A stretch of 64,000 nucleotides of DNA from an uncultured Actinomycetes bacterium. Its GTDB lineage: Bacteria > SZUA-79 > Acidulodesulfobacterales > Acidulodesulfobacteraceae. Under the pieces are notes generated by a model. The model made no database searches. It saw only the letters and a program-made list of their open reading frames with translations, and had not been told where the DNA came from. The stretch covers positions 32,001 through 96,000 of the forward strand of contig CAZVZU010000006.1 in the NCBI GenBank assembly GCA_964631685.1. The letters run 5' to 3'. The position numbers and the translations under genes are program-made. Shown here piece by piece: positions 29,480 through 41,022 of the stretch (its first letter is position 1; the number at the start of each line of letters is the position of its first letter).

Positions 29480-29823
29480 TTAAGCGCCCCTTTTTTCCAC
29501 ACATACAAAAGACCTATAACTAATATTACTATAAACATGAACATTTCGACAAATCCGAACAGACCAAGTTCTGAAAAGACAACTGCCCACGGAAATAAGA
29601 ACAGTGCTTCAACATCAAAAAGAAGAAAAATTATAGCGACAAGATAGAATTTAATATCAAATCTCAAATGGGCATCGCCCGTGGGTTCAACCCCACACTC
29701 ATATGCTTTCAATTTTCCTGCTTCGTATGTTTTTTTTCCAAGAAAATTTGAGACTATGATTGTGCAAACGGCAAATAGCACGGATACCACAAACATTATA
29801 AGTATAGGTAAAAAAGAATTCAA
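29470..29823 (-). CDS. nuoA: NADH-quinone oxidoreductase subunit A
   Basis: [29 protein letters not shown] start at 29823 after GGAG SD. Confidence 0.93.
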   Translation of the reverse strand: MNSFLPILIMFVVSVLFAVCTIIVSNFLGKKTYEAGKLKAYECGVEPTGDAHLRFDIKFYLVAIIFLLFDVEALFLFPWAVVFSELGLFGFVEMFMFIVILVIGLLYVWKKGALKWD

Positions 29824-29956
29824 ATTATCTCCATTATAATAAATAATTTTGAAATCAATCGAACATTTTGAACACAAGTATCATATTGGAAAACTTACAA
29901 GACTCTTTCAAAATATGTTTACATCTTTATAATGGTATCATACAATATACTCAAAA

Positions 29957-31513
29957 TCAACAAGATTGTTGCCTTAAATAGTAAAGTATCGTTCTAGCAC
30001 CAACACCCGTCGCACCTTTAGGATTATACGTAAAACCGGTTTTAGTAAAAGACGGCCCGGCTATATCTATATGGCACCACTTAACTTTATCGGATACAAA
30101 TTCTTCTAAAAACATACCTGCGGTTATGGCTCCGCCATATCTATTTCCAATATTCCTAATGTCTGCAATGGGGCTTGAAAGTTTCTCCCTCATGTTATCA
30201 TCAAACGGCAATTCCCACATTTTTTCGCCAGATATCTCGCTAGTTTTAATAATACTGTTTATCAACGTTTTATCGTTTCCCATAACCCCGGAGGTATATT
30301 CGCCTAACGCAACGACACAAGCGCCGGTGAGGGTAGCTATATCTATTATCTCATCGACTCCTATATTTTCTGCAAAAGTCAATGCATCTGCCAAGGTTAA
30401 ACGACCCTCTGCATCTGTATTTTCTATTTCAATAGTTTTTCCGTTAAGCGCCTTAACTATATCGTCCGGCCTCTGAGCATGTCCATCCGGCATATTTTCG
30501 CAGGCAGCTATAATACCGTGAACTTCCGCACCCAAGTTTAGCTTGGAAACATATCTCATTATCCCTAATACTGCACAAGCCCCCGACTTATCAGACTTCA
30601 TGTTGGTCATAAAATCAGACGGCTTTAACGAAAGTCCGCCACTATCAAATGTAACGCCCTTCCCTACTATTGCAATTTTTTTTATCTTATTTTTTTTGGC
30701 TGTAGGTTTTGGCTTGTAAATCAAATGAATAAATCTTGGAGGATTTTTCGAACCCCGGGCAACGCCATAGAAGGAAAGCATTTTATGCTTTACTATATCT
30801 TTTTCATCAAATATTTTGCATTCAATTCCTACCTCTGTAGAAAATTCCTTTGCAATATTCGCAAGATAGATGGGGGTAGCAACATTTCCCGGCTCGTTAA
30901 TCATGTCTCTTGCAAAATTTGCGGCTTCAGATGTAATCTTTCCAAAATCTAACCCCTCTTTAACCTGTTTTTCTTTAGCCTTGTTCATTGCGATAGGTCC
31001 AAAATAAACACGAATAGGTCTAAAATCTTCGGCTTTTTTGCCACCCTTGTCTGCATCCTTTGTTTTATATTTCTTAAATTCGTATAAACCCAACGAAGCG
31101 CCCTCTGCTACGGCAGACGACATAAAAAACAACCCATCGTCCAGATAATATTCGTTCGGCATGTCGGGGAATATAAAGGTTACATCTTTAATTTTATTTT
31201 TTCTGGCAATTTTTAAAGAGTTTGAAACAAAGCACCTTATGGAATCATAATTAAACTTAGTCTTCTTATCGAGACCGTGTACTAACGAAGTGATAGGCGA
31301 CTCAACCAACACATTTTTTCCTTTTTTAGCTTTAAAATCAAGTTGTTTTAATCTTTTGTATAAAAAATAAAATTTATTAAGACTTTTATTTTTTAAAAAG
31401 TCATTCTCATGCCCTTCAAAAACCCCAAATACAAAGATACGATCAAATGATTCCGGTCTATTTTCGCATTCCTTTAAGATTTTTTCGACAGAACTAACAA
31501 CTTTAAATTCCAA
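29957..31513 (-). CDS. pepA: Leucyl aminopeptidase (M17)
   Basis: GKGVTFDSGG, MKSDKSG, NTDAEGRL, DIATLTGA, HIDIAG. Confidence 0.95.
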   Translation of the reverse strand: MEFKVVSSVEKILKECENRPESFDRIFVFGVFEGHENDFLKNKSLNKFYFLYKRLKQLDFKAKKGKNVLVESPITSLVHGLDKKTKFNYDSIRCFVSNSLKIARKNKIKDVTFIFPDMPNEYYLDDGLFFMSSAVAEGASLGLYEFKKYKTKDADKGGKKAEDFRPIRVYFGPIAMNKAKEKQVKEGLDFGKITSEAANFARDMINEPGNVATPIYLANIAKEFSTEVGIECKIFDEKDIVKHKMLSFYGVARGSKNPPRFIHLIYKPKPTAKKNKIKKIAIVGKGVTFDSGGLSLKPSDFMTNMKSDKSGACAVLGIMRYVSKLNLGAEVHGIIAACENMPDGHAQRPDDIVKALNGKTIEIENTDAEGRLTLADALTFAENIGVDEIIDIATLTGACVVALGEYTSGVMGNDKTLINSIIKTSEISGEKMWELPFDDNMREKLSSPIADIRNIGNRYGGAITAGMFLEEFVSDKVKWCHIDIAGPSFTKTGFTYNPKGATGVGARTILYYLRQQSC

Positions 31514-31560
31514 TTTAATACCCCCATGTTTTTATAATATATTTACCCTTATGATAACCT

Positions 31561-33465
31561 TTAATCCTCTTCTATTGTGGATAAATCCCCTTCGTCCATA
31601 CCCATCTCTCTAGCCTTTAAAACCCGTCTCATAATTTTTCCACTCCTTGTTTTTGGCAAAGAATCCACAAATTCTATTTCATCCGGCTTAGCAATGGGGC
31701 CCAACGTTTTTCCTACATTCATTCTTATATCCTCCAACAATGCATCGCTTCTCTTGAATTCAGGCCTTAAAACAACAAACGCCTTTATAGAATTACCCTT
31801 AAGTTCGTGAGGTTTTCCGATAACTGCAGACTCAGCCACCGATTCATGGGTAATAATGGCACTCTCTATTTCCGCCGTTCCAAGCCTATAACCAGATACC
31901 TTTATGACATCATCTATTCTGCCCATAACATAAAAATATCCGTCTTCGTCGCGCTTTGCCGTATCGCCTGCGAGATATACGCCTTTGAACTTAGAAAAAT
32001 ATGTTTCTTTATATCTGTTTTCATCTTTATAAATTGTGCGCATCATTGAAGGCCAAGGCTTCTTGATAACAAGATAACCGCCTTTGTTTGCCTCGCCCAC
32101 AGGGTTGCCATTTTCATCAAAGATATCGGCATCTACACCGAAAAACGGCTTCCCGCATGAACCCGGCTTCAACGACATTGACGGAACAGGGGTAAGTAGA
32201 AACATACCCGACTCCGTTTGCCACCATGTATCCATAATAGGGCATCTTTCCTTGCCTATATGTTTATAATACCATCTCCATACTTCAGGATTTATAGGCT
32301 CGCCAACGCTCCCAAGAATCTTGAGAGAGCTAAGATTACGCTTGTTCGGCCAATTTTCACCAAACCTCATAACCCCACGAATCGCGGTGGGAGATGTATA
32401 AAATATATTAACGCCATACTTCTCAATAATTCTCCACCATCTATCGGGATAAGGATAATAAGGCGAGCCCTCCGCCATAACGGTAGTCGCTCCATTTATT
32501 AATGGTCCATATATGATGTAGGAATGTCCGGTTATCCATCCCGGATCCGCCGCACACCAGTACGTATCGGTATCTCTGATATTAAATACATACTTGGATG
32601 TTATATATGTTCCTACCGAATAGCCTCCGTGAACATGAAGAATACCCTTAGGTTTACCGGTTGTTCCGGATGTATATAATATAAAAAGTGGGTCGTCCGA
32701 ATCCATCTCCTCCGTTTTCGAGTACGGGTTAGCAATAGGAAGCTTCATTAACTCGTCATAATAAAAATCTCTCGACGTATCCATGTAAACTTCATGGCCT
32801 ATTCGTTTAACTACAATAACAGTCTGGACAACCGGGGATTTCATAACTGCATCATCGGCTATTTTTTTTAGCTCCACAACCTTGCCGCCCCTATACGCTC
32901 CATCGGCGGTTATCAGTAGTTTACTCTGCGCATCTACGATTCTGTCTCTTAGCGCCATAGAGGAAAATCCGGCATAAACAACACTGTGAATAGCACCGAT
33001 CTTTGCACAGGCGAGCATGCTTATAACAATTTCAGGAATATTAGGAAGATAGATAGTGACTGTATCACCCTTTTTTACACCGAAACTTTTAAGGACATTA
33101 CTAAACTTATTAACCTCTTTGTAAAGAGAAAAATAGGTATAAAGTCTCTCGCTACCGTCCTCCCCTTCCCATATGATTGCTAACTTGTTCTTTCTAAACG
33201 TCTTTATATGCCTATCTAATGCATTATGAACAATGTTAGTCTTGCCCCCAACGAACCATTTATAAAACGGATGTTCCGATTCCAAGACCTTATCGTAGTG
33301 CCTGAACCATTCTAATTGTTTTGCGATCTCATCCCAAAATTTATCATTTTCCCTGACGGAATAATCATAAAGCGTATCATAATCCTTAATATAGCTGTCT
33401 TTTAATGTCCTTTCCGAAGGAGTATATATCTCTTTCTCATGAGCTAAGCTGCTAAAAGTCTCCAT
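31561..33465 (-). CDS. acs: Acetyl-CoA synthetase
   Basis: YTSGTTGKPKG, ADPGWITGHSY, DTWWQTE, PKTRSGKIMRR. Confidence 0.96.
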   Translation of the reverse strand: METFSSLAHEKEIYTPSERTLKDSYIKDYDTLYDYSVRENDKFWDEIAKQLEWFRHYDKVLESEHPFYKWFVGGKTNIVHNALDRHIKTFRKNKLAIIWEGEDGSERLYTYFSLYKEVNKFSNVLKSFGVKKGDTVTIYLPNIPEIVISMLACAKIGAIHSVVYAGFSSMALRDRIVDAQSKLLITADGAYRGGKVVELKKIADDAVMKSPVVQTVIVVKRIGHEVYMDTSRDFYYDELMKLPIANPYSKTEEMDSDDPLFILYTSGTTGKPKGILHVHGGYSVGTYITSKYVFNIRDTDTYWCAADPGWITGHSYIIYGPLINGATTVMAEGSPYYPYPDRWWRIIEKYGVNIFYTSPTAIRGVMRFGENWPNKRNLSSLKILGSVGEPINPEVWRWYYKHIGKERCPIMDTWWQTESGMFLLTPVPSMSLKPGSCGKPFFGVDADIFDENGNPVGEANKGGYLVIKKPWPSMMRTIYKDENRYKETYFSKFKGVYLAGDTAKRDEDGYFYVMGRIDDVIKVSGYRLGTAEIESAIITHESVAESAVIGKPHELKGNSIKAFVVLRPEFKRSDALLEDIRMNVGKTLGPIAKPDEIEFVDSLPKTRSGKIMRRVLKAREMGMDEGDLSTIEED

Positions 33466-33553
33466 AAAAACTAACCTCCGCTAATTGTGCCACTGTCTGC
33501 AAATCACACCTTTACTGCTAATTAACACCCACTTTTTTGTTGTAATAATTTTA

Positions 33554-35359
33554 TTAATATTTAAACCTTTTCACTATACCTATGAGTTTCTCCAATTCAC
33601 CATAAACAGAGCCCGCCTCCTTGGCAGCTCTTGACGACTGTTCCGAATTAGACACCGCCAGATTAGACACCATTTCTATATTTTGAGAAATTTCATTCGT
33701 AGCGGCAGTCTGTTCCTCAGATGCTGCGGCTATAGAGTTAACTCTATCTGATAAACTTATTATGCTTTTTTCTATACTATTTAAGGATTCGCCCGCTTTA
33801 GACGCATATTCCACTGATAAATCTACCTCCTTCATTGTCGAATCCATTGACGACTTCGTATCTCGCGTACCTTGCTGTATAGCTTGAACCTTCGATTCTA
33901 TTTCTTTTGTCGCCTTAACGGTTCTTTCTGCTAACTTTCTTACCTCGTCTGCCACAACAGCAAATCCCCTACCCGATTCTCCTGCACGAGCCGCTTCTAT
34001 GGCCGCATTAAGAGCAAGCAGATTTGTCTGGTCGGCTATATCGTTAATAACGGATATTATTTCTCCTATCTCGTAAGAACCCTTTTCAAGTCCGTGTATC
34101 ATGTTTTCTAATTCTCCGGTCAGAACGGCTACATTTTTTATACCGACTATAGCCCTTTCGACTACATTAAAACCGTTCTTTGCGCTGTCTGACGCATCTT
34201 TGGCAACACCGCTTAAATTTTGGGTATTCTTTGATATTTCCCTAATCGTCTGACTCATCTCTTCAGAGGCTGCAGCAGCATGTGTCGAGAGGGTAGCCTG
34301 CTCTTTAGCCTTGCCACTTATCTCATCAACATGCGTCTCTATAGATGTGCTCACGTCCACCACGGCCATAGCTTCTTCGGTTATTGACTGTACTATCATC
34401 CTTATATCTATAATGAACCTATTAAACTCATTTACAACGACAGAAATTTCATCATAAACTGAATTTTTATAAACCTTGCATTTAATGCAAATGCTCTCGC
34501 CCTTGACCCCAAAATGGTCTATTTGTTTATCCCAACATCTTGTTTCCAGCTCATCCACACTCAACATGCAGGCATTGTGCCTTTTAGCGATAATGGAAGG
34601 TTTATCATAGCAATCCATAGGGATAAGTTTGCTTAAATCTCCTTCACCTTGAGATATATCGCGCACTCTTTCATAAAAGTTGTGCACAGGCTTGATAAAG
34701 ATAGACCTTAGTAAAAAGTATATAATCAATATTGAAAAGACGATAAGTAAGATCGCAAAAAATAAAATATTCCTCATGAAAATATTTGAGGATATTACGG
34801 TATTTTTTAAGGAATATACAAGATTAACACCACCGAGTATCGTTCCGCTTTTCACGGTATGACACGTGAGACAGTTCACTCCCCTAGACATTCTTTTTGC
34901 GATAAATGGAACGCCAACATCTACGTATTCAGATCCGTTTTTATTGAATATCCTTTTAACGACATGCTTTGAATTCAATATATCCCTATCAAATTGAGAG
35001 TTAGGAGTCTCCTCTTTAAGTCCGGGACCAAATTCTTTATTGACCGCTTCTCCCCTTACAATTTTAAAACCTTTGATACCTTGAATCTTTTTAAATATAC
35101 CAAAAAGTTGCTTTCTGTCGGATTTTTTCATTATGGTTCCGTTAAGCATCATGGCATTTAAGGACGAAAGCATAGTCGTTGCTGTAATGGAGGCATCGTA
35201 TGTTGTCGTTTTAATAGACGTATTATACTGATTTGAAACGGCATAATAAGTCAAGAATAAAATTATCAAAAGAAGAATCAAAAGAATAAGCGAAAGCAGC
35301 TTCGTCTTGATAGACGTCTTTTTAATTATCGATAAATTCATATAAAATGCACCCTCCAT
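33554..35359 (-). CDS. Methyl-accepting chemotaxis protein with periplasmic heme-c motif
   Basis: Two TMs flanking a sensor with CLTCH; interrupted [42 protein letters not shown]. Start could be ATG 35341. Confidence 0.93.
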   Translation of the reverse strand: MEGAFYMNLSIIKKTSIKTKLLSLILLILLLIILFLTYYAVSNQYNTSIKTTTYDASITATTMLSSLNAMMLNGTIMKKSDRKQLFGIFKKIQGIKGFKIVRGEAVNKEFGPGLKEETPNSQFDRDILNSKHVVKRIFNKNGSEYVDVGVPFIAKRMSRGVNCLTCHTVKSGTILGGVNLVYSLKNTVISSNIFMRNILFFAILLIVFSILIIYFLLRSIFIKPVHNFYERVRDISQGEGDLSKLIPMDCYDKPSIIAKRHNACMLSVDELETRCWDKQIDHFGVKGESICIKCKVYKNSVYDEISVVVNEFNRFIIDIRMIVQSITEEAMAVVDVSTSIETHVDEISGKAKEQATLSTHAAAASEEMSQTIREISKNTQNLSGVAKDASDSAKNGFNVVERAIVGIKNVAVLTGELENMIHGLEKGSYEIGEIISVINDIADQTNLLALNAAIEAARAGESGRGFAVVADEVRKLAERTVKATKEIESKVQAIQQGTRDTKSSMDSTMKEVDLSVEYASKAGESLNSIEKSIISLSDRVNSIAAASEEQTAATNEISQNIEMVSNLAVSNSEQSSRAAKEAGSVYGELEKLIGIVKRFKY

Positions 35360-35533
35360 CCCATTAAATTAAATTAAAATTCTTAACACAACCTCTATTT
35401 GCGCACTTCATAAAGAAACGCTACTTAAAGGATTTAGATAAACAGAAACATTAAATGATCTTAAAAATCTAATTTATTCAAGCTAATCCGTTAAATAGTA
35501 TCACAATTACTCCAAATAAGGTTAGAAAATATT

Positions 35534-36907
35534 TTACGACTCTTGTTTTATAGCTGAAAGCTTTCTGTAGATATTCCTTTCACTTACCCCGATTACACCT
35601 GCAATTTCGGACGGTTTCAGTCCCTTGGAAGAAAGGTGTTTTATGTATGACTCTTCTATTTCCCTTAAGGTTAGGCCCTTATCTAAAAGCGCTGTCCCAT
35701 TAGTCGCTCCATTACCCTCATCACATAATGATACGACTCGTTTTGTTTCTACCCCTATCTGCACAGCATCTCCAAATATTTCATTCTTACCATCAGATAA
35801 GACAATTGCCCTTTCAATAACATTCTTTAATTCTCTAACATTGCCCGGCCATTCGTAAGATGAAAGTTTTTCTAATGCAGACGCTGAAAGCGGTTTTGAA
35901 AACGGAACCTTATTTTCTTTTGTCATAAAAAAATGCGCGAGATGCTGTATATCCTCTTTTCGTTCCCGTAGTGGGGGAAGCTCTATCGTAAAACCGTTTA
36001 TCCTATAAAATAAATCTCCCCTAAATCGACCCTCGTCGACCAGCTTGTTTAGATTCTTGTTCGTTGCAGTTATTATTCTTGCGTCTATAAAAAGGTTCTT
36101 GGCGGAACCCACTCTTCTAAAACTCTTAGTGTCGATAATCCTTAAAAGTTTCGCCTGTATGATGCTGCTGACTTCGCCGATTTCATCAATAAACAGGGTC
36201 CCCTTATCTGCATATTCCAAGAGTCCTTTTTTAAGCACATCCGCACCGGTAAAAGAACCCCTTTCATGGCCAAATAACTCTGATTCAAATAAATTTTCGG
36301 ATAGGTTACATGAATCAACCACTATGAAGGGCTTATCTCTTCTGACAGATAATTTATGTAGAATATTAGCACATAATTCTTTGCCCGTACCGGATTCACC
36401 GGTTATCAAAATATTGAGGTCAGATTTGGCGGCAACAGAAACATCATCCATCACCTTTAATGCCGCTTTTGATTTTCCTATAAAAAGTCTTTTAAAAACC
36501 TCCCTCTTAAAGTACGCCGCATAATTTTTTAAATCAATATTTTCTATTATCTTTTTTATTGTTATACTAAGTTCTTCCAAGCTTAACGGCTTAACAAGAT
36601 AATCGCAAGCACCGATTTTGAGGGCGCGTACCGCGGTATCAATACTACCGTACGCGGTTAAAATAATTACCTCAACATCATTTGCCTTTGATTTCACAAC
36701 ACTCAGCAGATCTATGCCGGATTTCCCCGGTAACATCAAATCGGATATAATAATATTGAAATAGTCCTTTTTTAAAACAGCTATCGCATCCTCTGCGGAA
36801 AACACCGATTTAACGTTATATCCTTTATTGCTCAGGTAATCGGTCAATATTCTTCTGTAATTCGCGTCGTCGTCAACAACCAATATCGAAATAGAATTGT
36901 CATTCAT
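35534..36907 (-). CDS. Sigma54-dependent response regulator (NtrC/AtoC family)
   Basis: Receiver domain (VVDDD, SDLMLP), GESGTGKE, ESELFGHERGSFTGA, WPGNVRELKN, C-terminal HTH; ATG 36907 preferred over the upstream start at 36952. Confidence 0.93.
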   Translation of the reverse strand: MNDNSISILVVDDDANYRRILTDYLSNKGYNVKSVFSAEDAIAVLKKDYFNIIISDLMLPGKSGIDLLSVVKSKANDVEVIILTAYGSIDTAVRALKIGACDYLVKPLSLEELSITIKKIIENIDLKNYAAYFKREVFKRLFIGKSKAALKVMDDVSVAAKSDLNILITGESGTGKELCANILHKLSVRRDKPFIVVDSCNLSENLFESELFGHERGSFTGADVLKKGLLEYADKGTLFIDEIGEVSSIIQAKLLRIIDTKSFRRVGSAKNLFIDARIITATNKNLNKLVDEGRFRGDLFYRINGFTIELPPLRERKEDIQHLAHFFMTKENKVPFSKPLSASALEKLSSYEWPGNVRELKNVIERAIVLSDGKNEIFGDAVQIGVETKRVVSLCDEGNGATNGTALLDKGLTLREIEESYIKHLSSKGLKPSEIAGVIGVSERNIYRKLSAIKQES

Positions 36908-36964
36908 TTTAATAGATTTCTGCCTCCCATGAGACAATGTCTTGTTATTCAAACTGCCTTTTTA

Positions 36965-38107
36965 TTATTCATCATCACCCGTAAAGTTGTTTTTAATTGG
37001 TATTTTAATAACAAATTTTGTCCCAAATCCCTCTTTAGACCTAACTTCAATCGACCCCCCGAGCGATTTCATTATGCTTAAGGAGATAGGAAGTCCAAGC
37101 CCCGTGTTAGAAGACTCTTTATTTTTAGAGAAAAAAGGATTAAAAATTTTTTTAATGTCGGCAGGAGATATGCCCTGACCATTATCTATTATCAACATAT
37201 GGATATAATCTCCTGCCACCTTGGTTATAAAATAAACGATTCCTGAATCGTTCTGGACAACCTGTATGGCATTAAGTCCAATATTTAACACAACCTGTCT
37301 TAATCCTGATTCCGAAAAACTAATCAGAGGAATATTGTCAGCAAAGTTCCTTTTTATCATAATATTTTTTTTACTTGCTACAAAAGAGAGTAATGAAAGG
37401 CTTTCGTCGACCGAGTTATTAACATTGACTATGTCGTTCGAAATTGATACTGGTCTGGATAATAAGAGAAGCTTTTTTGTGATATCCTTACATCTTTCTA
37501 TTTCTTGTTTCATTAACCCAAAATATTTTTTAACATCACAGCTGCTATCCTTTAAGCCGGTGAAAAAATTATCTTGAATCATCTTGTTGTCTCCGATACA
37601 CAATTTTATCATATCAACGGAAGCTAATATGTTATTGAGTGGATTATTTATTTCATGCGCTACACCCTCCGCTAAAAAACCGATTTCAGAGAGCCTCTGC
37701 GCCAGATTAAACTTATGCTGCGCATCAGAACCATTTCCTAGACATCTTAAGACCTCAACAGCGTACCTTCTGCCGGTTGAGCTATCATAAAATGGACACG
37801 AATTTATTTCAACGGCAATTTCCCCATTGTCCTGTCCGTAATGCCCGTGTATAACCTTAACAGTCTTTCCTTTCTTGATAACCTCTTCTACCGAACAAGA
37901 TTCTAACAATGGATCGCACGGCTCATCCCTAAAATGGCTAATCTTATAACAATAGTGCCCTATAACATCTTGGTAGGGCAAACCGCGATCGTTAAGAAAA
38001 CATCTATTGGCATAAACTATTTTGTAATTTTCATCAATTACAATAACCCCGTCGTTCATGCCATCCAGTACATCGTTCGGGTTAAAGGCTAAAATTGGCT
38101 CTTTCAT
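36965..38107 (-). CDS. Cytoplasmic PAS-domain sensor histidine kinase
   Basis: PAS N-terminus, GVAHEINNPL, QVVLNIGLNA, DNGQGI, NTGLGL; no TM segment. Confidence 0.92.
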   Translation of the reverse strand: MKEPILAFNPNDVLDGMNDGVIVIDENYKIVYANRCFLNDRGLPYQDVIGHYCYKISHFRDEPCDPLLESCSVEEVIKKGKTVKVIHGHYGQDNGEIAVEINSCPFYDSSTGRRYAVEVLRCLGNGSDAQHKFNLAQRLSEIGFLAEGVAHEINNPLNNILASVDMIKLCIGDNKMIQDNFFTGLKDSSCDVKKYFGLMKQEIERCKDITKKLLLLSRPVSISNDIVNVNNSVDESLSLLSFVASKKNIMIKRNFADNIPLISFSESGLRQVVLNIGLNAIQVVQNDSGIVYFITKVAGDYIHMLIIDNGQGISPADIKKIFNPFFSKNKESSNTGLGLPISLSIMKSLGGSIEVRSKEGFGTKFVIKIPIKNNFTGDDE

Positions 38108-38220
38108 AAATAAAAATTAATAATATTAATACAACAGCATAAATATAGGCACAAAACCTTATTGATGCAAATAAATATTTTTTTGCTTTATTATAACACA
38201 AAAATTATTAGTTATATCTA

Positions 38221-38249
38221 TTGACAATATTTTTAAAATTTATTATTAT
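38221..38249 (+). promoter_or_regulatory. Sigma70 promoter of the rplU-rpmA operon
   Basis: TTGACA-N17-TATTAT. Confidence 0.75.
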
Positions 38250-38270
38250 ATTGCATTCATATTTGTATGA

Positions 38271-38365
38271 GATATCCCGCATCGAAAGAACGCTTCCGCA
38301 AGGACGATCTTCACGGGGTTGCTTAGCCAAGGGTCTTTTTCGCATAAGAGGCAACGCGGCGTATT
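38271..38365 (+). ncRNA. Candidate structured 5' leader of rplU
   Basis: GC-rich island in an AT-rich UTR with several helices and a GCAA tetraloop (see findings); no family recognised. Confidence 0.5.
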
Positions 38366-38396
38366 TTAAATTATTTTAAGCAAAGAGGGTTACGTA

Positions 38397-38708
38397 ATGA
38401 GCGAGTATGCTGTTATAAATTCCGGTTCTAAGCAGTACAAGGTGTCACAAGGGGATACCATAAGGGTCGAAAACATATTTAAAGAAAAAGGTGACGAGGT
38501 ACTTTTCAAACCGAGTATGTTGAAAAACGGCGATAATATTATTGTCGACGAACAATCGTTAGGTGATGCCAGCGTTAAGGGGGTTGTCGTCAGAAACGGA
38601 AGGGCAAAAAAAATAATCGTCTTTAAGATGAAACGTCGTAAAGATGAGAGAAAAAAAAGGGGGCATAGGCAAGGTTTCACTGAGGTTAGAATAACCGATA
38701 TCCCTTAA
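38397..38708 (+). CDS. rplU: 50S ribosomal protein L21
   Basis: YAVINSGSKQYKV, KIIVFKMKRRK..GHRQ. Confidence 0.97.
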   Translation: MSEYAVINSGSKQYKVSQGDTIRVENIFKEKGDEVLFKPSMLKNGDNIIVDEQSLGDASVKGVVVRNGRAKKIIVFKMKRRKDERKKRGHRQGFTEVRITDIP

Positions 38709-38763
38709 GTCAAAATAAAATAAAATAAAAATAATATTTAACCAATAAAGTATAGGTGCAATT

Positions 38764-39030
38764 ATGGCTCATAAAAAGGCTGGCGGCAGTTCTAGAAACG
38801 GACGCGATAGCCGAGGTCAAAGAAGGGGTGTAAAAAAATTCGGTGGGGAATTGGTAAAACCAGGAGAGATCATTGTTCGTCAGGTTGGTTCATCCTTCCA
38901 CCCGGGAAGAAATGTAAAAGAGGGAAAGGATTACACTCTCTATTCCATAATAGATGGTTTTGTTAAATTTCACGCTGGTAGAAACAATAGGAAATTTATT
39001 AGCATTGTCCCTATCCCGTCAGAGAAATAA
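38764..39030 (+). CDS. rpmA: 50S ribosomal protein L27
   Basis: [22 protein letters not shown]. Confidence 0.98.
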   Translation: MAHKKAGGSSRNGRDSRGQRRGVKKFGGELVKPGEIIVRQVGSSFHPGRNVKEGKDYTLYSIIDGFVKFHAGRNNRKFISIVPIPSEK

Positions 39031-39061
39031 TGACTCGGAATCAGCGTCTCTAACCCATTGA

Positions 39062-41019
<1,958 letters not shown>

Positions 41020-41022
41020 GGT

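Noticed and set aside
33480..33510. TGGCAC upstream of acs as a sigma54 promoter
   Set aside because: No GC at the required GG-N10-GC spacing, and too close to the SD.
38271..38365. c-di-GMP-I riboswitch or SRP RNA identity for the rplU leader (contains CGAAAG and TCCGCAAGGA)
   Set aside because: Lacks the GGCAAA/GACGCAAAG GEMM pattern and the SRP CAGG/AGCAG internal loop.
38711..38735. (AAAAT)n run between rplU and rpmA, plus short in-gene tandem duplications near 7800 and 39910
   Set aside because: Low-complexity sequence expected in AT-rich DNA; not an array.
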